60,220 bases of DNA from the NCBI GenBank assembly GCA_004022145.1, contig RCNU01000016.1; one strand, 5' to 3'. The notes under the pieces were generated by a model that saw only the letters and a list, made by a program, of their open reading frames with translations, did no database searches and was not told where the DNA came from. Below are positions 24,301 to 39,200 of this stretch, piece by piece. Source of the stretch: Paecilomyces variotii (taxonomy: Eukaryota). A program made the translations under genes and the position numbers. The first letter of the stretch is position 1; each line of letters opens with the position of its first letter.

Positions 24301-27174
24301 TTAATTTCCTTGCTTACTCTAAAGCTAATATTATTTATTAAGTATAGCTTCTATAGGCCTTCTCTATTCTTAGTCTAGTACTTATTATTCTTTTCTAGCT
24401 CTAATTTAATAATTCTTATACCTAGGATAATAGATTATATAATATCTCTTTCCTTAATTTATTTCTTAGGTTATCTATTAAAAATACCTATATTACTACC
24501 TAATTCTTTTAGTTTATAGAATAAATTATATTTTTTATTATTTTATTAAATAAGGCTATATATTTTAAGCGTGCTTAATATTTAAATAGTTATCCTAGGA
24601 TATAGTTATAATTAATCTTATTATTTATTATAAAGAAAGGGATCTTATAATAGAAGAATTCTATCTATATAAGTATCTTTTTATAAAAACTTATAAAAGG
24701 AGTTTATCTGCTATTTGCTAAAATTATATTGCCCTTAAACTTTTAGCTTATAATAAGTTTATAGTAATTTGCTATATCTCTATATATTATATTAATTTTA
24801 GCTCTACTATCTATTATAATATTTTATAGCTTTTTATATCTATTAATTTTAATAGATAGTTTTAGAGTTATAGCTGTATATAATACCCTATTATTATTAA
24901 GAGGCTTAAATTATAATAATATATAAGTATACTAGTTTAAACTATTTATTATATATTTTATATTAGATATTAAAATATTAAACTATATAGTTTTAGAGTT
25001 ATAAAATAATGCCTTAGTTATTACTAATTGCGGTTAAGGGATAAATAAAGCTTTATAAAGCCCAGGAGATAATCTAATAAGATCCCTAATAGATATTTAA
25101 ACCTTAATATTTAAGATCTAGTTTATAATACCTATTATATCTATAGTCTCTTTTAGTTTATTTGCTATTTTAAACTTTCTTAGAGATAGTTTCCCTTTTA
25201 TTTTAATTATTTTCTTACTTTTATTTAATTTAGGTGTTTTTTTTATATCTTTATCTACTATTCTTATTTGCTTAATTATATTTAATAGCTAATAATTATT
25301 AAACTAGTTTGTTTTAACTAAGAGAAATCTTTACTTTTATTTAATTACTCTTTGTAGTTTTTTTTTATACTATTATTTAATCCTACTCTATCTCTTCTTT
25401 ATTTTTTAAGGCTTCTCTAATTCTATTATATTAACTAAATAATAATCTTTTATAATATTGCTAGCTTTTTTTTTAGAGCTTAAGTTATTATTAGTCTATC
25501 TTAATATAATAGACTATATATTATATCTAACTGAACTAATTTATTTTTATTCCTTTTTTAATCTCTGTTTAATAATTGCTTTTTATAATATATTTCTTTA
25601 GATAAGGTAGATAACTTCTCTATTTTGCCCTTTTAGCTTAAAATAGAGTTTATAATCTTCTTCTTAATAAATAAGTTTCTAATTTAAGAGATTTTTTAGA
25701 TTTAAATAATAAGGTTAAATATAATTAGGAGCCTAATAGAAGTTATATAAGTTTAGAGGAATTCTAGATCCTCTAGCTAGAGTAAATCTTAAAGATACTC
25801 TAGCTTATATATTTATATTAGTATTAAGTATATTACTATTAGGCCTCCCTATATATTATATACTATATAGTTTTAACTTTTTAAATTTTTTTATTAATTA
25901 ATTAATCTATAATTGCTTTATTAACTTTATTTTAGTGCTCTATTATTTAATCTTATTCTTATTCTTATTTAAGTAGGTTTTATTAAGTTTAATAAGAAAT
26001 TATATATTATCTTTTTTAGTTATCTTCTCCTTTATTAAAGCTACTATATTTTAATCTTTCTCTAGTTTTCTGCTATTAAGGTAGCAAAGGGTTTTAGTTA
26101 TTCTTACCCTATCTACTATCTCCTTATAGAAATTAATATATTTTATAATAGATAGAGTATAATAGTCTATATTTAATTTTTAAATTACTTATTATTTAAG
26201 TTTCTTTAGAAATTCTTAAAAATATTAAACTCTCTATAAATATTAGCTTAACTTATCTAAAGTTACTAGTATTTTTAATATAGTTTAATATTTTTAATTA
26301 TATTCCCTTAAGTCCTTAGAGCTATTATATTTTATATTTTTAAATCTTTTTAGCTATTAGATATTATATTTCTTTTAGTACTTATTATAGTAGGTATATT
26401 CTTATTTAATTGCTTCTGTTAGTTTTAGATAGTTCTTTTTTTTATATTTAGATTAAGTATTTATTTATAATAATACCGACAGACTATAATAGTCTATAAA
26501 TTATTTAATTTTTTCCTTTTCTAGGAGTTAATTTATCTTATATAGCCTTTTAAAAAGCCTTAAATACTAAATAATATTATCCCCTTTAAAATAAGGTACC
26601 CTAAGATTCTTAGGTATTAGCATCTATAAAGCTAATATAATCTAGATTAATTGCGCTATTAGTAATCCTGTATTTTTAAATACTTAAGCTATTTATGCCT
26701 CTAGACCTAGTAATACTAAAGAGCTAGGAGTCCTTCTATCTTAACTAATATTAAAAAGATTAATGCTTTTCTCTATATTTTTTTAAAGAAATAGTAATAA
26801 AGATAATAATAAAAAATTCTTTTATTTTTTAATAAATAGTTCTTATTTAGTAATTTTTTATTCTTTCTAAATTTCTGCTTTTCTTTTATACCTATTAAGC
26901 TCTTCCTTATATTTAGCAGTTCTTCCTTTCTTTTATTATTAATATATATTTTTACCCTATATTATTTTTATTATCTCTGCTAATCTAAGAGATATATTTA
27001 TTTTTTTTTATTTATAATAGTAATCTTCCTTAATTATTTTGCTTATCTTTTTACTACTTTTTACCCCTTTTTTTAATTTTAGCTTTAACCTTAGCTTCTA
27101 ATTCTCTTTTCTTTCTTATTTCTGCTTAATATTTTAATATCCCCTATATTTAGCTCTATTTTATTATAGGAAGA

Positions 27175-27570
27175 TATATTAGAACTTAGTATAGAGTCTT
27201 TAAGTGAGTAGATATTAAAAAGAAATAAAAGAATACTTAACTTCAGAGCTTAGAGTAGAGTTAGAAAAGAAGCTCTAACTGCAAACTAATATAGTAAACT
27301 AATAATAATCTAATACTAAACTGATATTAAATAATAATAGAAAGGTAAAGCTGATTATTTTATTCTAAGTAACTGAAAAAGGTATATATCCCCTGTCCTC
27401 TACTGCTTTACTTATAGACTTTTTAAAGACTTTAAGTAGAAGCATATAACCTCTTAACTAATTATATTCTTTATGCCGATTCTCCCTACTACAGTAGTAA
27501 TTCTTAAAGTCTTATAAAAACTTAATAAATTAATAATATTTATAACTTAGAGATTAACTATATAATAATA
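27175..27570 (-). repeat. Probable 5' LTR of Gypsy relic 2
   Basis: Less RIPed non-coding block (retains ctg, cag, tga) upstream of the gag region; no partner in the window. Confidence 0.4.
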
Positions 27571-29299
27571 TTTCTTAGAATTCTTAATTAATAGCTTATT
27601 TAAGTAAAGTAAATAATATTCTTTTAAATATTTTTTCTTTTAATACTAGGCGCTAAAACTTAATAAAAAAGATTTTAAATTCTTTATTAATTTAATAAAG
27701 GTTAAATAATTTATTATATATATTATTTATATAATTAGGGTTACTAAATATATATTTTAAAATATTTAGAATCTTTTAATAATTATTAAGAGTATAAGTT
27801 CTATTTCTAATATATAGTAATATTTAAGTATAAAGCGTATTTTTTAAGTAATTAATTATATAAGCTATATAGCTTTAGCCTCTAAGAGATTAAAAATTAA
27901 TTTTAGTTAATTATTATCTTTTTTTAGATTTAAGCTATAAAGCGCTAAAGGTTCTTTTAATTACCTTTAAACTTATTTAGATTAAAGAGTCTTTTTAAAA
28001 GTCTAGAGGTAGAGAAAAGTATAATAATAAGTATTTTAAATATTCTTATTAAAGCAGTTATAAGCCTCTTAATATTAAGCTTAAATTTAAGTATAAATAG
28101 AGGTATATTTATAATAGATATAACTATATAATAAGTTTAATCTCTCTTAAGAATAGCTTAAATATATTATTATTCTTTTTTTTAAAGCTAAGTTTTTTAA
28201 TATTACTAAATAGCTTTAAGTTTAATAATTTCTTATTTAAGTCTCTATTAAATAGTAGTAAATTTTTATTAAAGCTTTTAAAAGTATACTTTAACTTAAT
28301 AATTTATTTTATTTATAGTAGTCTTAGCTTTATTAATATATTTATATACTCGGCGATAATATTTATATTATTTTAGCCTATAGCTAATAGTAATATATTT
28401 AATAAATTTATTTAAAGCAATTAGTAAGAATAAGAGAATTAAGGTAAATATTATTAATAGTATTAACTCTTAAATAAGAGCTATATAGTATTAAAGTATA
28501 GGCTTAAGAAGTAAGTTAAAATAAATAAAGTAAGGTAGTTAATATTAAGACTAACTATAAGATCTTTATTTAATTAATTTAGACTAGAATAAGCTATTAT
28601 AAATAAGCTTAATAAATAAAATATAGCTTAAGAAGCTTAAATTTAAATTAAGCTATATATTAAAGATATCTTTATAAGATTATATAATCTCTTATATAAT
28701 CTAGAAGAGTTTAGACCTTATTTTTCTAGATTAAGTAAGTATTAGCTAATAGGTTAATTATCTTATTAAGGCGCCTTAAAGTAGCTTTTCTTAAAACTCT
28801 CTTATTTCTTATATTAATACTATAATAAAATAAGTATTATAATAGTATATAGTAAAGCTTTTTAAATTTAAATAAAATAGTTTATAAATATATTTTATTA
28901 AGGAAGCTTAAATACTATTATTATTAAAATAATTTAAAATTAATATTAATACTATAATATATAAGCTAGAAAAAATATTATACTCTATAGCTAATATTTA
29001 AAATAGTATTATATTATAAAACTTTATATAAATAATTATTTAACTATATAAGGTAATAAGATTTAGTATAATTTATATATAGCTTTATTAAATATAGATA
29101 AAGTTTTCTCTATATATATAAAAAGACCTTATCTATTTTAATAAGAATATATTATTAATATAATTTATAGAATTAATAAATAAAGCCTATATAATATAAT
29201 AAGATTAAGCTAATTTAAAGAATTATTAATAATTAAGATAATATAATTATTATAATAACTATAGATATAGTAATTAAAGCTATTTATAAGCGCTATTAT

Positions 29300-32200
29300 A
29301 TTAAGTATATTATTATAATAATTAAAAATAATTTAACCTAGGGCTATAGCTATAGTAATAATTCTTAAATATAAGACTTATAGCTAATATTTCTTAGAAT
29401 TAAATAAGATAATTTATTAATAAAAGAGATAAAGGAAGTAAATTCTCTATATCTTTTTAAGCGCTATTTATATAAAACTATAATTAAATAAACTAAGATA
29501 TTATTATTTAATAAGTATTCTTATAGAATTATAATAAGGCTTAATAGTTATTTATATTAAATTATACTTAATTAAATTAAGGTAATATTTCTCCTTAATA
29601 AATATATAATATTTATATTAAAGATAAGTTAAAAATAGAAGATTTATTATTTATATTATAATACTTAATAAAGATTAATAATAGATAAACTAGTTTTTTT
29701 ATAAATAGATTTTATTAAGATATATATTATATAAGATATAGAGATACTAGATATAATAATAGGCTAAATAAAGGTATTAAATATATTAAAGATATAGTAA
29801 ACTATATAGAAGATAATAGCTATAATTAGTTTATATACTATATTTATTTAAAAGCTCCTATATAAGAATATTATATATACTTATATAAGTTTAAATTAAA
29901 TAATAAACTATATTAATACTTTTAAAGTATATAATTTAAATATAGTAAAAAGATAGTAATACTATAAATACCTATAATAACTAGAAATAAAATACCTTAA
30001 ATAATATATTTTATAGCCTTAATATAGCTATAAATAAGTACTAAATATTTCTTTAAAGGATAGTATTATATTAAGGTATTAGTATATATAGCAGATTTTT
30101 AAAAGTATACTATTATTTACTTAAATAGTAATTACTCTATAATAATTATTAATAAATAGTTCTTATAATAAACTTTATATTTATTAATATAAGATATATT
30201 AAAAGTTATAGTTAAGGTATTAATAATATAGTTATACTATTTACTTAGTTTATTTAACTATTAATTAATTTATCTACTATTTTTAATAGCTAAAAAATTA
30301 AGGCTAAATTAAAAATAGAAGTATATTTAATTAATAAGCTAAGAATAAATATCTTTATAAATAATAATATTCTTATATTATATAAGTTTATACTTAATTT
30401 AAATATTAATATAATAATTATTAATATTTATTAAAAAGTAATAATATTAATAAAAATTATAGTAAAGCTAAAGTATTATATGCTTTAATCTATTTATTTA
30501 GCTTAATAAGTAGTAATATTATTAAGATTTAATATATAACTATTAATTAAAATAAAAGGTAACTTAATTAATAATAGAGATTATCTCTTTAACTTATATT
30601 ATAATTATAATTATATTATTCTTATATATAGTTAATATAAAGATAATATTTATTTAAGTATTTAACTTCTTAAAGTAATTATAAGTAATTCTATAAAAAA
30701 TATAATTAAATATACTTAATAAACTAGATAAAATAAATACTCTTATAATTAATCTTATAATAATACTTTTAATAAAAGCTATATAGAAAGAATATAGTAA
30801 ACTAACCTTAAAAATAATATATAAATTAAGCTTAAAGTATATTATAATAAAAGATAGTACTATTTATAAAAATAAAAATACTATTTATTAACTATAATAT
30901 ATTATTAAATTATATAATATATAGAATAACTATAGCTTTATTAATATATTAGAAAATTAATAAATATAAATATTATTAAAAAAGGTTAAGAAGCTTAATT
31001 TCTATATTAATTTAAGATTTACTTATTAAGATTAGTAAATTAAAAGATTATAGATAATATCTTTAATAAGCTATATAATTTAAACTATATAAAATAGGCC
31101 GATAGCTATATACTTACTAAATACTTAATCTTTATTATTTAAAAAATAATAAAAAAAGATAGTTAATAAATATAAAAAAGGTATATTATAATAGATATTT
31201 ACGCACTAAATTAAGAGATTAAACTTAATATTTATCTTATTTTATTATAAGATAAGATAAAATTCTAATAATAATAGTAAGAAAGCTATTTATCTTTATT
31301 TATAATATAATCTCCTTTTTTTATTAATAAAGAATATTTCTATTATATTAATTATAATTAGTAGTAATTAACTATTAAAGCTAAGAGGTTTTTAATATAA
31401 CTATAATAAGATTTTATAATACGCTTATTTATATTTAATAAATTAAAGACTATTATTTATAGAAGTTCTAGAAGTTTATTTATATTTATATAGATAATCT
31501 AGTTATAATATTAAAGATATTAAACAATTATAAATAATATCTATATATATTATTTTCTATAATATAAAAGCTTAATATTACTTTAAATTTTAAAAAGTCT
31601 TTTATTAAATTTCTCTTAGTAATATTATTAGATTATTAAGTTAATACTTTTAATATAGCTAATTTAAAAGAGAAAATAAAAGCTATAATAAACTTATCTT
31701 TCCTAGCTATTTTAAAAGACTTTAAATATTTTTTTACTTTTATAAGATAGTTTTACTAATATATTTTAAAATATATAATTATTATAAGTTCTTTATAAAA
31801 CTATAAGATATTATTATTATATCTTAATTTTATTAAAGATAAGCTATATTAAAAGTTTATAATTAATATTTAAGTAAATCTTTTAATTAAATAAGAATTA
31901 TAGTTATTTTAAGAAATTAAATAATATTTCTAAGACTTATTCTTTTTAGCCTACTTCTTATTAAATAAATTATTTTATATTAATCTTAATATAGTAAATA
32001 GCTTTAAGATAAATATATTAAGATATAATCTTAATATAATAGTATACTATTTATATAATAAAATATTAGCAGATAAATATTATTTTTTAATAGCTAGCCT
32101 ATTAGCTAAAGTAATATTAAGTAAGTTAAAGATATAGCTAATTTTATTTTTATTAAAATAGTTAAATTTAGTAAAAATAAAATATTAGCTAATAAAATTA

Positions 32201-32620
32201 GAGATTATATACTTAATATAAATACTTAAGAAAATATATTATCTTATTAAAGTATTAAAATTAACTATTATAATATTTATAAATTATAGCGCTATTTTAA
32301 TAATAGCTAAATAGATTATATTAAAATTTAGTTTAATAAAGTAAATTAACTTATATTTAATTCTTATAATATAATATATTTAATAATTTAATTTAAACCT
32401 TATTTATAAGCTTAATAAAACTAATATAATATTAAATATATTATTATATTTATTATTAGCTATAATAAAGCTATATACTCTCTTATTAGAAAATATTAAA
32501 GATATAAATATCTTTATTATTAATATTAATAGTAAGATAAATATTTATTATATTTCTCTAGTTAAAATAAGCTTTATATTTAAGAAGAAATAATATAGTT
32601 TTATATAAATAAACCCCGCG
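29300..32620 (+). mobile_element. Ty3/Gypsy relic 3 (protease, RT, RNase H); integrase not recognised
   Basis: Protease-like (C)L(D)S(GC)S at ~30118-30140; RT KG..IDI.ALN at ~31177-31211 and Y(V)D(D)LV at ~31487-31504; RNase H (W)PT(E)LEI..L.(W).LRKI at ~32183-32236. Heavily decayed, boundaries approximate. Confidence 0.72.
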
Positions 32621-34399
32621 ATAATAGTATTAAAAGCAGAGATAAGAATATAATAAGCTTAATTCTCCCCTTTTAAAGAGATATTACTATTAAATATTAA
32701 TCTCTAGAGCGGTTTAATACTATTAGCCCTATCTTATATCTCTTTACTTTACTATAAGATAAGTCTATAAAAAATTCTTATTAAGGTTTTCTTATTCGAA
32801 AATTAATAATATCTTTATTATTATATTAGCTAAAATATTATATAAAATTATAAAGATTATAATATTAAATATAGCTAATTATTAAGTAATACTATTAATT
32901 TTCTATAAATAAGCCTATTATTAAAGCTAATCTATTTAGCTTTTCTCTTCTTAATATTTATTATATTATCTTACTTATAGTTTAAAATAGCCTTATTTTT
33001 TATAATTAAATAAGCTTTAGCTATATTTATATTTTACAGCTATAATATAATTAGCTAGTTATAATTTACTAGGAAAAATTTCTATTTTTATTTTTACTAA
33101 TTATATTTTTATTATAAATATTTTTTTATAAAAAGTCTTTTAATAATCTTAAAGCTATTCTTATATTTTAATATAGCTATAGTAATTAAATAGATCTATA
33201 ATATATTTATCATAGTATAAAGAGATAATAAGATATATTTTATTAAGACTAAAGTTCTATTTTTATTAATATATATATATATTACTTTATAGTTATATTT
33301 ACGCGAAGTAAGACTATATAGCTCTTAATATAATATATATTAGCGAGAATACCTATAGAAACTAATAGTAGATAATATAAATTATTTAAGATAAAATGCT
33401 TAAGTAATAGTATATTAATAGAAATAGCAGTAATTATAAAAAATTATAAATTAATATATAAAAATAAAAAACCTTTACTAATAAATAATAGCGCGCTTAT
33501 ACTATCTCTTATTATAGCTTTAATATTATTATTATTATAAATATAGTCTTTAAAGCTAAGATTCTTATAAATATACTTCGCTAGCAGTTTTTCTATTTAA
33601 ATAATAGTAGACTTTATCTTTATAGTAAAGAGTATAACTATAAGTATAGCCTTTAAAGTTATAATTTCTTTATAAGTAGTAGTTAATTTCTCTCTTACTT
33701 AAATTAAGGTAAGCCTTAAATATTTATTTATAATTATATTTACTATAGAATTTATTATAGAGTTTATTATACTATTATTAATTAAAAATAGCTAATTATA
33801 ATTTTAAAAATACTATAGTATATTTATAAGTAAAGATAATAATAATTAATTATAGTTCTAGAAATACTTATATTATAAAGTATCTTTAAATAATATATAT
33901 AATAGTATAAAAAATAATAAAATAATATTATTATATAAAGAAGTAGAAAAAGTAAAAATAATATAAGAAGAATATAAAGAGTAAAAAAACTATTAATTAT
34001 AAGTAAAGATATAATATAATAGCTATTATAGCTTTATTTAACTTTTTACCTTATTTTTAATTTAATATCTCTAATACTTTATAATATTTTTTTTCTTTAA
34101 AGGTTTATCTCTCTTTTTTACCTTTATATTAACTGCTTATTATTTATATTAGTATTCTTATAGTTAATTCGCTGCGATAAGTTTATATTAGCTATTATAT
34201 TTATATATTAGCTTTAAAGTATTAATAAGGTTTTTAAGCTAATATTAAATATTATATTAAAGTTTATATTCTTACTAATATATTAAATATTCTATTATTA
34301 TTTTACTATATATTTTATAAATATAATAATCTATAAGCTTATTTATTTTATAGTATTTAATAGTATTATTATCCTTATTAATATATAATAATAGAAAAT

Positions 34400-34750
34400 T
34401 ATTTATAGTATAATTATAGCTAAATAAGTCTTTATTATAATATAGCTTAAAGTATTTTATTAAGAAAATATTATAGTAACGCTAATATAGTAAGATATTT
34501 AGCTTATAAGCTAAATAATTAATCTATCTCTTAACTATAAGTAGACTAGTATATTATATAAATAATTTTAGTTTTAAAATCTATAAACTTAGAATATTAT
34601 AGCCTTAATAAAGCTAAAGGAAAATTTAATCTTTAAGCGCGAAATAAATCGGCTTATATTTTTTATTATATATATACTTAATATTTAATATTACTAAGTA
34701 TATAGCTTTATAGATATTTAAATAGTAAATAAAATCTTAAAACTACCTTA
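34400..34750 (+). mobile_element. Possible Ty1/Copia fragment (post-integrase region)
   Basis: gga aaa ttt aat ctt taa gcg cga (~34619-34642) restores to GKFDPRAR, typical of the Copia integrase C-terminal region; little else is legible. Confidence 0.35.
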
Positions 34751-36093
34751 ATTAATTATATAGATTAATAGTATTATTAAGGCTTACTCTATAAATAAGC
34801 TTATATAAAGACTTAAATATAGTTATAAATAGACTAGTATTTAAAGTAGCTTATATTATTAGTAATACTTTAAGCTAATCTATAATATCTTCTAATATAA
34901 TAAAGTAGTATTATAGTGCGATTTTAGCTATTTAATTAATTTATTTAAATTGCCTATTAATCTATAAGTAATAAGCTATAAAATAAAAGAGCTTAATATT
35001 TATTCTACTAAATAAACTTATCTAGAGTTTTAATAAGAACTTAAGATTATAGTTAGAGATAATAATAAATAGTAAACCTTAATCTCTAATATAAAGCCTT
35101 TTAAATAGTATTAATGCCTAGTTTATTACTATTTAAGTATTTTACCTTAAGATAAAAATAACTCTTTTAATAAATTTATAGATAATAATAAGTATTTAAT
35201 TATAATTAATTATTTCTAGTAATCTTATAATAAAATCTATTATAATTATATAAAATAAAATATTTAGAGTAAGAATTAATTAATAAATACTATTTTTATT
35301 CTAATAAATACCTCTTTAAAAGTTATCTATATCTTATTAATTATTAGTCTATTTAATACTTTATTTTTAATATATATATTAGTTTAAATAGCTTTTACCT
35401 ATAATTTAATTAGAAGATTAATATCTTTAAGTATAATATAAGTTTCTCTCTTAATAATTTAATATGTTTTCTTAATTACTTTATTCTAAATTAATATATA
35501 TAGAATTATTAATTTATAATAAATACTAAAATCTTTTTTTTATTTTAAAAATATTCTTAAGTTTTAATATATTATTTAATTAAATATTAAGTATTTTAAG
35601 ATTAATAGCAGTTTTAATTTCTCTTTTCTATTTATTTAAAATAGAGCTAGTATTAGATTTAGCTCTTATTAGAAATATTTATATTTTCTATAAATAGTTA
35701 TTTATAATAGTTAAGAAGTAAATATATTTATTCTTTAACTCTAGTATTTAATTATATATATTTATATAAATTAGTTTTAAGATATTTTCCTTCTATTTAT
35801 TTATTATATCTCTTTTATTTCTAATATTAACTATAATATAAGTTATATATTAGTAATTATTAATAACTTTAATTAGTTTCTTTAATATTATTATTTTATA
35901 TAGGCTTTTAATCTTTTTAAATTTAAGGTAATTAATTTATTTATACTAAAGCTAATATTTCTCTTAAATTTAATCTTTTATATTTCTCTTATAAGAGAAT
36001 TTATTAAAATATCTTAATTTATAATTATTATTATTAATTTTAAAAAAGGTTTTTTTAAAATTATTTTAAGAAGTAATTATTATATAATAAACT

Positions 36094-36294
36094 TATAATT
36101 TTATCTATAAAAGATCGCATATTTCTCTAAACTAAGGGAATATAACTATTTATATAGGTTTTCTTATATATATAATTTTACTTTACTAAGATAATTTTAT
36201 AAATTAAAGGTTTACTTTAGGGAAAGTTTAGGGAAGAACTTAGCTATACTAAGTTTTACCTAGTATCTCTATTATATAATACTAGAATATTATA
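36094..36294 (-). repeat. 3' LTR of Gypsy relic 4
   Basis: Direct repeat of 42910-43110, transition differences only. Confidence 0.95.
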
Positions 36295-39200
36295 TCTTCT
36301 TCTATTAAATAGAACTATATTATTTTTAATACTAAATATTAAATAAAGCTAAGCTATGTAAGTAATCTACCTTCTTTATAGAGATTTATATAGTATAAAT
36401 TATAGTTATAGGTTCTTATAAGGTTAGCCTTACTTTTAATTTAAATCTTAATATTTAATTTAAAATATAGCTTATATAATTAACTCGCGGGCTAAGATTT
36501 TAATAATATTTAAAGTTATTAATTATAGTTAATTTACCTTCTCCCTATCTATAGATATAGGTTATCTTTTATAACTTTTTTTTAGATTAATTCTTATCTC
36601 TTAATATAAGTCTAAGGAATAAATAATAGATAAGTCTGTTTATAGCTTTATAGCAGCAGATTCTTATTTTTATACCTCTTTAATTTTCTCCTATAAGGTT
36701 ATAGATTAGAGTAAATTATATATTTTATTTAATAGTTTTTATTACTTATTTCTAGTCTATCTATATAATATATTACTGCCTAATATCTGCTATAATTCTT
36801 ATAGTTTATTTGCCTAGCTAGGGTCTTTCTAATAGAAGGGGGGGTAGTATAAGTAAATTATCCTAGTAATTTACCGGTAAGTTATATTAGAGGTATAGGG
36901 TATAAATATTCTTTTCTCCCCCCTTTTAAACTTTTCTTTTTTCTCTCTTTTAGCTATCTCTTTATTTTTTTAGGCCCTATAACTCTAGTAAGTCTCCCCT
37001 TTTTTCTATTATATATAATAGTCTTTAGCTAATATATATATAATTTTTTAAAAAAAAGAAAAAGATTTTAAACTTCTCTTTTTATAATTTATAAAATGCC
37101 TTTAAGTAAGTTCTTTTTTTATCTTTATTAAGTAATTTCTAATTTAATATCTTAAAGATCTACTAATAAATATTTTTTATTATTATATTCTAGTACTAGG
37201 CTTATCTCTTTAAGGTAAGTAAGCTCTTTTATTAAGTTATTTATTACTAATAATAAATATAGTTCTTATTATTATTTTATTAGAAGCCTTCTTAAGTTTT
37301 AATAATATAGAGAAGCTTCTTTAATGCCTCTAGGCATTATTAACTAAGTTTTATCTTATAGTTATTAGTCTAGAAATAGCTTTATATTAGGCTAGTTAGT
37401 ATAATACTCTCTCTACTAATAGAGCAGTAGTATTCTCTTATTCTTTAATTTAGAATTAAATTTTTTTTCTCTTTAAATCTATTATTCTTCTTATAGACCT
37501 TTTATTCTTATAAGTATTTTTTTATAAGTATTTCTTTTTATAAATATTCTTTCCCCTTATTATATATTTCCTTATATTAGTAATACTTTATTTTATTATT
37601 TAGAGTTATTAATAACTATTATAAATAGTTAATTAGAGGAGATAATCTTTATTAGCTTTTTAGTATTTTATCTAGCTGCGACTTTCTCTCTTAATATATT
37701 TATTATTTCTTTATCTTTTTCTAGTTATAATAGTATTTTTAAAGAGGTAGTAGACTCTTAATTTAATAAGTTCTTTTTATATATTTAATATTACTTATAT
37801 TAAAGTCTTAGATAAAGTTAATTATATATCTTTATATTCTTTTTAATATATTATCCTTTCTATAGCATATAGTTAATTATTTTATTTTTTTCTTTTATTT
37901 TACCTAGATATATTTCTATATATTTATACTTCTTCTATTTAGCCTTTATTATTAATAATAGCTCTAAATAAGTTATAGAAGTAGGTTTATTACTATTTAT
38001 AATATTATATATTTTAATAAGTTATTTAATCTTCTATTCTTATTATACTAAGGTATAGTTATAAGCTAATAATATTTATAGCTATTTTAGATTATTAACC
38101 TTTATCTTTATTAATCTTAATCTATTAATTAAGTTATAGAGTACTTATCTATTTAGTTCCTTTAAGGTATATATTTTTAAAGAGTATACCTTAAGAATAT
38201 AATATAGCTTAAATTAGTTATACTATAACTTTTAATAAGTCTTATTATAAATTAAGACTTATATTCTAACTATAAAGCTTATCTTTATAATAGCTTTATC
38301 TTAGATTCTCTATATATATAGCTCTATTAAGTAGTTATTTATTAGCTAATAACTATATATAATTTATTTTTTATAAGTACTTATTATTATCCTTAATTAG
38401 TCGCTCTTTATTTAATATATTAACCTTATTGCTTAGAATTTATAGGTATATTCTATATATTAGATAAAATAGGCTAATGTTAAATACTATATATTTCTTA
38501 ATTTTTATTATAAAGACTACTTATAAGAGGTATTTATTCTATAGGTAGATTAGCTTCTTTAAGAGATACTTTATTAATATTTATTTTAATATACTGTTTA
38601 AGTTTTCTATTTTACTATTTATATATAGATATTATAGTATTATTATCTTATATCTAGTTTTTAATAGCTTAAGATAGTATTATACTACTCTTATAAGTAA
38701 GTTATAATTATTATTAATAAAGATCTTATATAAAATATTATAGTTAATATAGATCTTATTATAAAGAAATTATATAATTATTTCTTCTATTATATTTAGC
38801 AGGGCCTTTATAATTAGCTAACCTATAGTATAATTAATTATTATAATTATCTAATAATTACTATTAAGTATTATAGGTAATTATCTAATTAGGTTAATTC
38901 TTTATCTCTTAAATAGTAAGATGCCTATCTTTATCTAATATTAAGCTTTCTCCCTTTTTAGTAACTATTATAGGTATTAGGTAATTTAGTAATTTAGATA
39001 AGTTATTATATAATCTTATATATTCTTCTATATATTTAGCTATTATACTTATATATAGAGAATATCTTTTAATCCTAGGTATTTTAAGTAACTGAACTTA
39101 TTATATATTTAGTATATTAAGTTATATCTAAATAGCAGTTCTAGGTAAAGTATCTTTTCTCTATCTTTATATCTCTATATAAGGATATTATCTGATTTTA

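Larger units (their letters stand above)
19251..27570 (-). mobile_element. Ty3/Gypsy LTR retrotransposon relic 2; 3' end lost or displaced by relic 1
   Basis: RT IFLNNILI*ESKTNYKGEE (23281-23339) restores to FLDDVP.RGPKTDY.GEE, followed by PGIRRF; RNase H KLECK..LKAL.KF..YLYGVHF.LEIDAKTL at ~22615-22730; integrase KFLWEDW near 21790-21820. Confidence 0.85.
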
